Shown: positions 1 to 9,982 of the stretch, piece by piece | Layout of the letters: the number at the start of each line of letters is the position of its first letter | Position numbering within the stretch: position 1 is the first letter of the stretch | Assembly: GCA_963803975.1 (NCBI GenBank) | Contig: CAWDOY010000047.1 | Coordinates: 128,001-192,000, forward strand | Length of the DNA: 64,000 nt | Direction: 5' to 3' | Origin: an uncultured delta proteobacterium | Lineage (GTDB): Bacteria; Desulfobacterota; WTBG01; CAIYCZ01 | Made by a program: the position numbers and the translations under genes | Notes under the pieces: generated by a model | What the model was told of the DNA's origin: nothing | Database searches by the model: none | Seen by the model: the letters and a program-made list of their open reading frames with translations, nothing else

Positions 1-1221
1 CACTCTGAGGCCGAGGCGGCGCATAAGGGTGCTGCGTGTCTGCTCCAGCAGCGAGCGCTGCCGCTTCATCTCATCAAAGAAGATGTTCTCTGAAACTGCC
101 ACATGGACCTCCAGGGTGTCGCGATAGTCGTCCCTGGTCACCACAATCTGATAGTGCGGCTCGCATCCTTCTATTTCCCTGAGCACCTTTTCAATCTGCC
201 CGGGGACAACATGGATCCCTTTTACCACGATGATGTCATCCACCCGCTCCATGACCCGCTCCATTCTCACCAGCGTCCGGCCGCAGGTACACGGGCTGAA
301 ATCAAGGCTGGTTATATCCCCGGTGCGATAGCGCAGCAGGGGAAATGCTTCGCGGGTGAGGGTCGTCAGCACCAGCTCGCCGGTCTGGCCGGGCGGCAGC
401 GGGGTGCCGGTCTGCGGGTCAATGATTTCCGGCAGAAAATGGTCTTCAGCGAGATGCAGTCCGCTTTTCGCGTCACATTCGCCGGCGATGCCGGGGCCTG
501 ACAGCTCGCTCACGCCGTAATTATCATAGACAGCGATAAAGAGCCGCTCTTCTACTTCCCGGCGCGTCTTTTCCGACCATGGCTCAGCCCCGAACAGGCC
601 TTTCCTGAGGCTTAAGGTTTTCGGGTCGATGCCCAGTTTCCGCAGCCGGTCTGCAAAAATCAGAGCAAAGGACGGCGTTGCCACCAGCACCGTGGTCCGG
701 TAGTCCTGCATGATCCTGATCTGGCGATCGATATTTTCGCTGGATGCGGGAATAACCGACGCGCCGATGCACTCGGCGCCATGGTGCAGGCCGAAAGCGC
801 CGGTATAAAGACCGTAGTGAAAGGAGATCTGCATGACATCGTCGTGGGTCACCCCGCCCGCGGTCAGAAACCGGGCGACCTGCGTGCCCCAGTTCTTCAG
901 GTCATTGCGGGTGTAGCCGATGACGGTCGGCGTATCGATGGTCTCGGTGGTGGTATGAATACGCACCACCTCGCGCAGCGGAACCGCAAACAGGCCGTAG
1001 GGATAATTGCTCTGCAGGTCCTGTTTGGTAGTGAGCGGCAGGCGCTTGAATTCTTCCAGGGTTGAGATGTCTTCAGGGACGATTTTTTTCTCGTCAAAAA
1101 TTTTCCGGTAGAATGATACGTTCTTATAGGCGCGGTTAAGGCTTGACTGCAGCCGCTCTAACTGGAGCTGCTGCAGCTCCTCGCGGGGACAACACTCAAT
1201 CTTTTCTTCCCAGATAGCCAT
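1..1221 (-). CDS. paaK: Phenylacetate-CoA ligase family protein (second copy), frameshifted, runs off left edge
   Basis: Minus-strand ATG at 1221 (MAIWEEKIE); fragments of the HTTTETID..VIGYTRND and VHDPYG-type PaaK segments; paralogous to 7995-9298; several indels. Confidence 0.75.
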   Translation of the reverse strand, partial: MAIWEEKIECCPREELQQLQLERLQSSLNRAYKNVSFYRKIFDEKKIVPEDISTLEEFKRLPLTTKQDLQSNYPYGLFAVPLREVVRIHTTTETIDTPTVIGYTRNDLKNWGTQVARFLTAGGVTHDDVMQISFHYGLYTGAFGLHHGAECIGASVIPASSENIDRQIRIMQDYRTTVLVATPSFALIFADRLRKLGIDPKTLSLRKGLFGAEPWSEKTRREVEERLFIAVYDNYGVSELSGPGIAGECDAKSGLHLAEDHFLPEIIDPQTGTPLPPGQTGELVLTTLTREAFPLLRYRTGDITSLDFSPCTCGRTLVRMERVMERVDDIIVVKGIHVVPGQIEKVLREIEGCEPHYQIVVTRDDYRDTLEVHVAVSENIFFDEMKRQRSLLEQTRSTLMRRLGLRV

Positions 1222-1230
1222 GTGCTTCTC

Positions 1231-1968
1231 CTATTCCCAGATCGGTTTTTTCTCTTTGCCCAGATAGGCACGCTGCACTTCCCTGTTTTCCAGCAGATCC
1301 CGCGCATTGCCCTCAAACATTATTTTCCCGGTCTCCATGACATAGCCGCGGTCTGACAGTTTGAGGGCGGCCCGGGCATTCTGCTCCACCAGAAAAATGG
1401 TCGTCTTGCTCATCTCCCTGAGCCGGGCAACCGTTTTGAAGATTTCCGTGACCACCAGCGGGGCCAGCCCCATGGAAGGCTCATCAAGGAGCAGTATCCG
1501 GGGCCGGCTCATGAGCGCCCGCCCGATAGCAAGCATCTGCTGCTCACCGCCGGAGAGGGTGCCGGCAAGCTGATTCTGCCGCTCCTGCAGAATGGGGAAC
1601 AGGGTAAACATTTCTTCTATATCGCGCTGGATTTTTCTGCTTCCGTCGCGGCGGTATCTGATATAGGAGCCAAGCTTCAGGTTATCAAGCACCGTCAGCG
1701 GATTGAATATCTGCCGTCCCTCGGGCACCTGGGAGATGCCCATCTTAACCACACGGTCCGGACTTTTGCGCGCTATGTCTTTATTATTATACATTATTTG
1801 CCCGGTCCGCGCATTAATAATCCCGGAGATGGTATTGAGCAGCGTGGTTTTGCCTGCGCCGTTGGCCCCGATTAACGAGACAATTTCTCCTTCCGCGATG
1901 TGCAGGGAAATATTCTTCAGAACGTGAATCTCGCCGTAGAAGGTATTGATGTTGAGCAGCCGGAGCAT
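1231..1968 (-). CDS. livF: Branched-chain amino acid-type ABC transporter ATPase
   Basis: GANGAGKTT Walker A, VPEGRQIF, LSGGEQQMLAIGRALM, LLLDEPSMGLAP. Confidence 0.93.
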   Translation of the reverse strand: MLRLLNINTFYGEIHVLKNISLHIAEGEIVSLIGANGAGKTTLLNTISGIINARTGQIMYNNKDIARKSPDRVVKMGISQVPEGRQIFNPLTVLDNLKLGSYIRYRRDGSRKIQRDIEEMFTLFPILQERQNQLAGTLSGGEQQMLAIGRALMSRPRILLLDEPSMGLAPLVVTEIFKTVARLREMSKTTIFLVEQNARAALKLSDRGYVMETGKIMFEGNARDLLENREVQRAYLGKEKKPIWE

Positions 1969-1973
1969 CGTTT

Positions 1974-2741
1974 CTATTCCTCCTTGCCCAGATACACGTC
2001 AATTACTTCCTGGTTGGTCTGGATTTCCACCGGCTTTCCTTCTGCAATGCGTTTTCCGTAATTGAGCACGATGATTTCATCTGAAATATCCATGACCAGC
2101 TCCATATCATGCTCCACGATGACCACTGTTATGCCCATCTCTTTTATGGTGCGGATAAGTGTGCCCAGCTGCCGTGTCTCCTGGGTATTGAGCCCTGCTG
2201 CCGGCTCATCAAGCAGCAGAATCTCCGGCTCGGTCGCCAGCGCCCGGGCTATCTCCAGCAGCCGCTGGCTGCCGATGGGAATGCTGGCGGCAGGCTTGTC
2301 TGCAATGTCCTGAAGGCCGACCATTTCCAGATAGAAGCAAGCCCGCTCGCCGGTGACCGGCTCCTCCCGGCGCATCCGCGGCAGCCGCAGCGCCGAGCTG
2401 ATAATGCCTGCCTGCGTCCGGACATGGCGGCCGACCATCACATTCTCAAGCACGGTCATGTTGCCGAAAATCTGGGCGGTCTGAAATGTCCGGGCAAGCC
2501 CGCAACGCGTTATCTCATGCGGCTTCAGCCCGGAAATAGTTTTCTGGTTGAGAAAAATAGTTCCCCGGTCAGGCGCGTGCATGCCGCTCACCACATTCAA
2601 AAGCGTGGTTTTCCCCGCCCCGTTGGGGCCGATAATCGCTGTTATGGTATTGCGCGCAATGAGAAAGGTGAGGTTGTCCAGCGCCACGACCCCGCCAAAC
2701 CCCTTGCGTATATTTAATGACTCTAAGATAATGTCGCTCAC
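1974..2741 (-). CDS. livG: Branched-chain amino acid-type ABC transporter ATPase
   Basis: GPNGAGKTT, GLARTFQ, LLLDEPAAGLN, VEHDM. Confidence 0.93.
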   Translation of the reverse strand: MSDIILESLNIRKGFGGVVALDNLTFLIARNTITAIIGPNGAGKTTLLNVVSGMHAPDRGTIFLNQKTISGLKPHEITRCGLARTFQTAQIFGNMTVLENVMVGRHVRTQAGIISSALRLPRMRREEPVTGERACFYLEMVGLQDIADKPAASIPIGSQRLLEIARALATEPEILLLDEPAAGLNTQETRQLGTLIRTIKEMGITVVIVEHDMELVMDISDEIIVLNYGKRIAEGKPVEIQTNQEVIDVYLGKEE

Positions 2742-2747
2742 GGTTCC

Positions 2748-3722
2748 TTAAGCCTTGCTTCGTCCGCGCCGTATAGTGCTGTATGCCATGGCAAACCCCT
2801 GGCTGAGCCCTCCCGGCAAAAACATGATAATAAACAGGAGAATGAATCCATAGACAATTACATCGTAATCCTCAAACACGCGCAGATATTCCGGCAGTAT
2901 GGTGAGCAGCGCTGCTCCCAGGATGCAGCCCCAGATATTGGCCATGCCTCCCACCACCACCATCATAACCAGCAGGATGGAAAACATGATATTGCACGTG
3001 GTCGGGCTGATAAAGGTTACGAAATGCACATACAGGCTTCCTGAAACCGAGGCAACCAGCGCGCTCAGGATAAACACCTGAACCTTTAACTGCGCAGCGT
3101 TGACGCCCATGGCAGTGGCGGCAAGCTCACTGCCGTGAATAGACCGTAATGCCCTGCCGACGCGTGAGTTAATCAGATTGTTAATCAGTATAAAAATGAT
3201 GATAAAAACAATCCACACAAAATAATAATATTTCATGTCTGAATCAAGGACAAGCGAGCCGATCTGAATCCGGGGAATCTCGCCGAACCCTGACGGCCCG
3301 CCGGTCAGGTCCACCGCCGCATTGAGGAAAATATTGACAATCTCGCCGAACGCGAGCGTCGCCATGGCCAGATAGTGCCCCTTTAACCGCAATGACGGGA
3401 CGCCGATCAGGTACGCCACCAGTGCGGTCAGGACGAGCGCCGCGATAAAAGCAACAATGATGGGAACGTGGTAGTAAACCGTGAGTATGCCGGAGGTGTA
3501 CGCGCCGATGCCGAAAAACGCCGCGTGCCCGAGAGATATCTGGCCGGTGTAGCCCATGAGCAGGTTAAGCCCCATGGTGGTAATGCTGTATATCCCGATA
3601 AAGACCAGAATGCTCAGATAGTAGGGGTTCTTAATAAAAAGGGGCAGCAGAAAAATGACCACTGCAAAAATCAAAGTTGCGCTGTGTCTGTTGAGCTTCA
3701 TAATATCAAAAACAGGGTTCAA
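2748..3722 (-). CDS. livM: Branched-chain amino acid-type ABC transporter permease
   Basis: GYTGQISLGHAAFFGIGAY, LRLKGHYLAMATLAF; hydrophobic. Confidence 0.92.
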   Translation of the reverse strand: MNPVFDIMKLNRHSATLIFAVVIFLLPLFIKNPYYLSILVFIGIYSITTMGLNLLMGYTGQISLGHAAFFGIGAYTSGILTVYYHVPIIVAFIAALVLTALVAYLIGVPSLRLKGHYLAMATLAFGEIVNIFLNAAVDLTGGPSGFGEIPRIQIGSLVLDSDMKYYYFVWIVFIIIFILINNLINSRVGRALRSIHGSELAATAMGVNAAQLKVQVFILSALVASVSGSLYVHFVTFISPTTCNIMFSILLVMMVVVGGMANIWGCILGAALLTILPEYLRVFEDYDVIVYGFILLFIIMFLPGGLSQGFAMAYSTIRRGRSKA

Positions 3723-3803
3723 GGGCTCAAGTGATCAAGGATTCAAGTGCAATGCGTTTACAAAAATCGCTTGAACCCTCGAACCCTGGAATCCTTGAAC
3801 CCT
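3714..3803. repeat. Inverted array of ~8-nt units (GGTTCAAG-like ... CTTGAACC-like), intergenic hairpin
   Basis: gggttcaagggctcaagtgatcaaggattcaag ... cttgaaccctcgaaccctggaatccttgaaccc. Confidence 0.7.
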
Positions 3804-3807
3804 CTTG

Positions 3808-4707
3808 TTAAAATTCTTTCAGCTTGCTTGCCTCGCTCACGCCGAAAATGCCGCTCGGCTTTACAAACAGAACCAGCAGCAGCACTAAAAGCGCTATGGC
3901 GTCTTTGTAGCCAGAGGAAATGAGCCCTGCCCCCAGTGATTCAAGAATTCCAATGAGCAGCCCCGCGACTACCGCCCCGACGCCGTTTCCCAGTCCCCCG
4001 AGCACGGCTGCCGCAAATCCTTTCAATGCCAGGATGGCTCCCCGGTCATATTCCATAAGGGCAACCGGCGTTATGATAATCCCGGCAGTGGCTCCCAGCG
4101 CCGCGCTCAGGGCAAAGGATAAGAGCACCATTTTTTTAACACTGATGCCCACCAGGCTTGCCGCGGTGGGGTTTACGGCGCAGGCGCGCATCGCTTTCCC
4201 CAGCATGGTAAAGTTGAAAAATCCCGCCAGAATGATGACCACCACAAACATGATCCCCAGAATCCAGAGGGTTTGCGGCAGGATGGTTGCGCCGAACAGA
4301 TAAAACGGCTCTTCCCCTGAAAAGTGCGGCAGGGTATAGGTTTCCTTTCCCCAGAACAGCATGGCCGAGCCTTTCATAATGATTGAGCCGGCAAGCGTTA
4401 TCATGATCAGGATCAGCACCGACGGCCGCTTGAGCGGATAGATGGCAAGACGCTCAAACAGTGCGCCGATGAGTGTTACCATGATGACAGAAAGCGCAAA
4501 CGCCGCGATCATGGGAATTTTCAGCACCGTGGTAAACCAGACCATGAACATGCCGCCAAGCATGACAAATTCACCCTGGGCAAAATTTATAATGCCGGTG
4601 GCATTGTAAATAATATTAAACCCCAGCGCTACCATTCCGTAGATGGTGCCTATGGTTATACCGGTCAATAGAAACTGCAGTATCTGACTGAAAAGCGACA
4701 TGCACAA
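3808..4707 (-). CDS. livH: Branched-chain amino acid-type ABC transporter permease
   Basis: IINFAQGEFVMLG, GKAMRACA, LKGFAAAVLGG. Confidence 0.92.
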   Translation of the reverse strand: MCMSLFSQILQFLLTGITIGTIYGMVALGFNIIYNATGIINFAQGEFVMLGGMFMVWFTTVLKIPMIAAFALSVIMVTLIGALFERLAIYPLKRPSVLILIMITLAGSIIMKGSAMLFWGKETYTLPHFSGEEPFYLFGATILPQTLWILGIMFVVVIILAGFFNFTMLGKAMRACAVNPTAASLVGISVKKMVLLSFALSAALGATAGIIITPVALMEYDRGAILALKGFAAAVLGGLGNGVGAVVAGLLIGILESLGAGLISSGYKDAIALLVLLLVLFVKPSGIFGVSEASKLKEF

Positions 4708-4952
4708 CTACTCCACCCTGAGAAACAGATACCAGTCACCGGGGCTCCCCGCGTCCCTGCGGACAGGTGCCCCGCCAGTCGGAAGACGTCTAAAAATCTG
4801 CACGATAGTAACTCATTATGACGTCTGTGTAAATTACAAAAAAAGAGGCTAAACCCTAAATATAAAACCGGTGTAGCCTCTCATATGCTGCAGTCTAATG
4901 TTCACGGTTCAGGTATCGTGAAGCTTTAAACCTTAAACGTGAAACCTGCACA

Positions 4953-6094
4953 TTACTGTGCCGGCAAAAACTTTCCGCCCTTTATGGTGATCATTTCAAA
5001 CGCATCTTTGGTGAGACCGGTATGATCTTCGGGTGAGTAAGTTGAAAACACCGCCGGTGCCGACAAAGTTTTTAGTGTTTTCAATATAGTCCCGGATCTT
5101 TGCCCGGTCCGGCCCGACTGCGCGCAGGGCGGCGATCACCAGGGTAAGCGCATCATAGGCATGCCCGCCAAAGGTGCTCACATCGTTTTAAACTTTTCCT
5201 CATAGTCCTTCTTGTATTTCTCCAGCAAAGCGCTCTCTGCGGGTGGTCAGCCGGCAGCGAGTCCACCACCAGCAGCCTCCCGGCCGGGAACAGCACCCCG
5301 TCTGCTGCATCGCCGGCAGCTCGCGCATATTTGATATTGCCAAACCCGTGGCTCTGAAACAGCGGTATGGTCATCCCGAGCTGTTTCCTGTTTTTGATAA
5401 TGGTTGCCTGACCGGGCACAATGGACCAGTTGACAATTGCCTGAGCATCGGTGCCCTTGATCTTGGTCAGCTGGGCCGTCATATCGGTATCTTTCGGCCC
5501 ATAGGTTTCATCCGCGACAATGGTAATGCCGTACTTTGGAGCAAGCAGGGTGAGCTGCTTTCTTCCTTCCATGCCGAACCCCTCGGTGGCGGTAATGATA
5601 GCAACCTTGGAGATATTCATTTCTTTCATCTTCTCATAAATCCTGATTGCTGCATCGCTGTCTTTCTGCGGGGTTTTGAAGACCCACTTTCGCACCGGGT
5701 TAACGATCGCCTCCGCAGCCGCGCATGATACGAGCGGCACCTGCGCCTTTTCTACGATGGGTATGACCGCCATGGTTGTCCCGCTCCTGGTGGGGCCGAC
5801 AATGGCCAGCACGTTGTCTCTGTTGATGAGCTTCTGGACCGCCATGACAGCCTTTGCTTCTTCTCCCACCGTGTCTTCAATGATGATCTCCAGCGGGTGC
5901 CCGTTGATGCCGCCCTGGGCATTGACCTGCTCCTGGATCATCTTAACGGTGTTGCGCTCAGGTTCCCCAAGCCATGCCGCAGGACCGGTTATGGCGAATA
6001 CCGCCCCGACCTTGTACGGCTCCGCTGCCATAACAGAACCGGCAGCGCCGAGTATCCATACCCCTAAGACAATAACCCCAAAAACTTTTTTCAT
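4953..6094 (-). CDS. ABC transporter substrate-binding protein (LivJ/LivK family), copy 2, frameshifted near C-terminus
   Basis: Signal peptide, GGINGHPLE, DTDMTAQLTKIK; continues through ORF 4996-5181 to ...FEMITIKGGKFLPAQ* (stop 4953-4955). Confidence 0.85.
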
Positions 6095-6206
6095 TGTACC
6101 CTCCTCCTCGCGTGTTGTTGTTTAAGTATCCCCTCATGTATGTAAAACCGGCCGTCAGTCTTCAGCACAAACCCTGCTTCAAAGCCGGCTGCTAAGCACT
6201 GCAGGC

Positions 6207-7346
6207 TTATTTAACCAGCGCAAATGCGCCGCCTTTTACCGTGTACATCTCCAGCGCATCCTTATCAAGTCCCACATGATTGTCGGCAGAATAATTAAAA
6301 ACGCCGCCGGTGCCGACAAAATTTTTCGTGTTTTCGATATAGTCTCTGATCTTTGCCCGGTCCGGCCCCACAGCGCGAAGCGCTGCAATAACCAGGTGTA
6401 TTGCATCATAGGCATGGCCGCCAAAGGTGCTCACGTCCGACTTAAAGCGGCTTTCATAATCTTTCTTGTATGTGGCAAGAAGCGCCTTCTGCGGATGGTC
6501 TGCCGGCAGCGCTTCAACCATGAGCAGCCTCAGGGCCGGGAACATGAGCCCGTCTGCTGAATCGCCTGCGGCCCGGGCATATTTTATGTTGCCGAATCCC
6601 GGGCTCTGGAACAGCGGTATGCTCATCCCGAGCTGCCGCCGGTTTTTAATCACCGTGGTCTGGCCGGGAACAATTGACCAGTTCACCAGCGCCTGAGCAT
6701 CGGTGCCCTTGATTTTGGTGAGCTGTGCCGTCATGTCGGTATCCTTGGGCCCGTAGGTCTCATCTGCCGCAATCGTAATGCCGTACTCCGGAGCAAATCG
6801 CTTGAGCTGCTTGCGGCCTTCCATGCCATAGCCGTCAGTGCTGGAAATAACCGCCACGCTGGTGATGTTCATCTCTTTCAGCTTATCGTAGATCTTGAGC
6901 ACGCCGTGGCTGTCATTCTGGGCGGTCTTGAATACCCATTTCCTGACCGGCCGTACTATTTCCTCTGCTGAAGCACACGAAATCAGCGGCACCTGCGCTT
7001 TCTCCACAATCGGGATGACCGCCATGGTGGTGCCGCTGCGTGTCGGCCCGACAATGGCGAGCACGTTGTCCTTATTAATGAGCTTATTTACCGCAAGTAC
7101 GGTCCGGGTTTCCTCGCCCACCGTATCTTCCACAATGATCTGCAAGGGGTGACCGTTAATGCCGCCCCGGGCATTGATCTCTTCTTCAACCATTCTAACC
7201 GTATTGCGCTCGGGCTCCCCGAGCCATGAAGCCGGCCCGGTTATGGCGAATACGGCGCCGACGACGTAGGGCTCTGCTGCAAAAGAAACTGGTGATAGAG
7301 CGGTGAGCACCGCCAGTGCTGCAAACAATAAAAATAGCTTTTTCAT
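6207..7346 (-). CDS. ABC transporter substrate-binding protein (LivJ/LivK family), copy 1
   Basis: Start reassigned to MKKLF (7346) with GGGGG RBS; same motifs as neighbouring paralog. Confidence 0.9.
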   Translation of the reverse strand: MKKLFLLFAALAVLTALSPVSFAAEPYVVGAVFAITGPASWLGEPERNTVRMVEEEINARGGINGHPLQIIVEDTVGEETRTVLAVNKLINKDNVLAIVGPTRSGTTMAVIPIVEKAQVPLISCASAEEIVRPVRKWVFKTAQNDSHGVLKIYDKLKEMNITSVAVISSTDGYGMEGRKQLKRFAPEYGITIAADETYGPKDTDMTAQLTKIKGTDAQALVNWSIVPGQTTVIKNRRQLGMSIPLFQSPGFGNIKYARAAGDSADGLMFPALRLLMVEALPADHPQKALLATYKKDYESRFKSDVSTFGGHAYDAIHLVIAALRAVGPDRAKIRDYIENTKNFVGTGGVFNYSADNHVGLDKDALEMYTVKGGAFALVK

Positions 7347-7466
7347 AGTACCCCCTGTTCTTGAATGAGTCGTGATTGCAGCGGCCCCACAAAACCCCCG
7401 GCCCCTGGGGATACACCATAAACAACGGGTCACGGGCCACGGGTCACGAGGCACGTCGTTCACTCC

Positions 7467-7898
7467 CTACAGGCAGTATACTTTTTTTCCCTCCAGCACG
7501 GTAATACCTTTGCTGGTGAGCGTTTTAATGGCTTTATCGATTTCGTCAAAGCGGAAAATGATGACCGCATTGTCAGAGCTGCGCTCGACAAATGCATACA
7601 TATATTCCACGTTGGTGCCTTCCTTCTGCAGAAGGTCAAGGATGTGCGCCAGTCCGCCCGGCCGGTCATTCACCTCTACTGCCACAACCTGGGTCATGCT
7701 GACGGTAAACTGGTTGGACTTGAGCACGCCAATTGCCTTAGCGCTGTCATTTACAATCAGGCGCAGGATGCCAAAGTCTGACGTATCGGCAAGGGAGAGC
7801 GCCCTGATATTTATTCCTGCTGCGCCCAGAACCCTGGTGACTTCAGCAAGACGGCCTGATTTGTTCTCTAAGAAGATGGATATTTGATCTACTTTCAT
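7467..7898 (-). CDS. Tandem ACT-domain amino-acid-binding protein
   Basis: [41 protein letters not shown]; typical paaK neighbour. Confidence 0.9.
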   Translation of the reverse strand: MKVDQISIFLENKSGRLAEVTRVLGAAGINIRALSLADTSDFGILRLIVNDSAKAIGVLKSNQFTVSMTQVVAVEVNDRPGGLAHILDLLQKEGTNVEYMYAFVERSSDNAVIIFRFDEIDKAIKTLTSKGITVLEGKKVYCL

Positions 7899-7912
7899 AA
7901 GTAATTCCTCCC

Positions 7913-7993
7913 GTTATGGAGTTACGGAGTGCAGGAGTTGCGGAGTTAAAAATATAAACTCCAAAACTCTCCAACTCCACAACTCATCAACTC
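7913..7993. repeat. Inverted array of ~8-nt GGAGTT/AACTCC units
   Basis: ggagttacggagtgcaggagttgcggagtt ... aactccaaaactctccaactccacaactcatcaactc. Confidence 0.7.
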
Positions 7994-7994
7994 G

Positions 7995-9298
7995 TTATAT
8001 TTTCCTCTTGTCAATCACCCGTTTGGCTTTGCCCTCGCTGCGCTGGATGGTCTTCGGCTCTACCAGCTTACACTTACAGGTAACGCCAAACATCTCTTTT
8101 ATATCCTTTTCAATCCGCTTTTCCAGCCGCTCCAGCTGCTTGATCTCATCTGAGAATACTTTTTCATTCACTTCCACCTGCACCTCGAGCGTATCAAGAT
8201 TGCCTTCCCGGTCCACGATGAGCAGGTAGTGCGGCTCCACCCCTTCAATCTGCATGAGAACGCTCTCAATCTGCGAAGGAAATACATTAACGCCCCTGAT
8301 GATCAGCATGTCATCGGTTCTGCCGGTGATCCGCTGCATGCGCACAAAAGTTCTGCCGCATTTACATATTTCCGGGTAGAGAACTGATATGTCCCGGGTG
8401 CGGTAGCGTATCACCGGGAAGGCCTCTTTGGTGATCGAGGTAAATACCAGTTCGCCCTTCTCGCCGTAGGGCAGCGCCTTACCGGTAGCAGGATCTATAA
8501 TTTCAGGAATGAAGTGGTCTTCAAAAACGTGCAGCCCCTTCTTGGCTTCCAAACATTCGCTGGAGACGCCCGGGCCGATCACTTCGGTCAGCCCGAAAAT
8601 ATCGATGGCGTCAATGTTAAATTTCTTTTCTATCTGCTCGCGCATGTTCTCTGACCAGGGCTCTGCGCCAAAACAGCCCACCCGCAGCTTGAAATCCTTT
8701 GCCGGGTTTAATCCCATTTCTTCCGCCACCTCACCAAGATGCAGTGCATAGGAGGGGGTGCAGGTGATAGCGGTCGGCCCGAAATCCTGCATGATGATAA
8801 TCTGCCGCTTGGTATTGCCCCCGGATATCGGTATAACCGACGCGCCCACCTTTTCCGCACCGTAGTGCAGCCCGAGCCCGCCGGTGAACAGGCCGTAGCC
8901 GTAGGCATTATGCACGATGTCGCCCCGGTGCACACCGGCACAGAACAGGGTCCGCGCTATGAGCTCAGCCCAGGTATCAATATCGCGCTTGGTATAGCCG
9001 ACCACGATCGGTTTTCCCGTGGTTCCCGAAGAAGCGTGAACCCGCACCACCTGTTCCATGGGAACGCTGAACAGGCCAAAGGGATAATTGTCCCGCAGGT
9101 CATTCTTGATGGTGAAGGGCAGAAGCTGCAGATCCTTCAGGTTTTTACGTGTGACGGCTTGACGCCCAGCTCATCAAACTTCTTCTTGTAAAAAGGTACT
9201 GTCTCGTACACCCGCTCAACGGTTGCTTTAAGCCGTTTGAGCTGCAAAGCCTCAAGTGCTTCGCGCGGCAGGGTTTCAAATTCTTCATTCCAGATCAT
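7995..9298 (-). CDS. paaK: Phenylacetate-CoA ligase, indel near 5' end
   Basis: ATG 9298 ([13 protein letters not shown]); [39 protein letters not shown]. Confidence 0.9.
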
Positions 9299-9394
9299 AA
9301 TAGACCTCCCGTTAAAAGTTTAAAGTCTAAACCCGACGTTACTAAACGCTAAATAAAAACTTTAGAATTGAAACATATTACGAATTTCAGGATT

Positions 9395-9982
9395 TCACCT
9401 TGTGTTTCTGCCCAGCATAAATGCCTTGATATTAACATCAACCAGTTTCGGTGGAAGCATTGAGGAAATGACTTCCTTCCACAGGTTCTCATCCACACCA
9501 AAATGTTTGGACAGCGCCCCCAGAAAAGCCACATTCAACGCCCGGGCGTTTCCCGCCTGTTTGGCAATATCCAGGGCATCAACAATCTCAACCCGTGAGA
9601 AGCGCTCGCGCAGCAGCTCCGGCAACTGCTCCGGATAGGTATCGACACCCAGGGTAACGGAGGGCGGCAGCACCTTCTGCTTGTTGACAATGAGCAGCGC
9701 ATCGCTGCGCAGAAAATCAAGGTAGCGCACGGACTCGAGCAGCTCGAAGGAGAAGAGCACGTCTGCATCACCTTTTTTAATAAGGGGCGAATAGACTTTC
9801 GGCCCGAACCGGACATGGCTGCTGACGCTTCCCCCGCGCTGCGCCATGCCGTGCACTTCGCTCTTCTTGACATCATGTCCCGCGCGCATCATCACTTCCG
9901 ATATGATTTCGCTGGCAAGGATAACACCCTGTCCCCCCACGCCCACCATGAGAATATTCTGTACCCGGTCAGTTGTTTCCAT
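9395..9982 (-). CDS. iorB: Indolepyruvate:ferredoxin oxidoreductase beta subunit
   Basis: GVGGQGVILAS, KSEVHGMAQRGGSV. Confidence 0.92.
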   Translation of the reverse strand: METTDRVQNILMVGVGGQGVILASEIISEVMMRAGHDVKKSEVHGMAQRGGSVSSHVRFGPKVYSPLIKKGDADVLFSFELLESVRYLDFLRSDALLIVNKQKVLPPSVTLGVDTYPEQLPELLRERFSRVEIVDALDIAKQAGNARALNVAFLGALSKHFGVDENLWKEVISSMLPPKLVDVNIKAFMLGRNTR

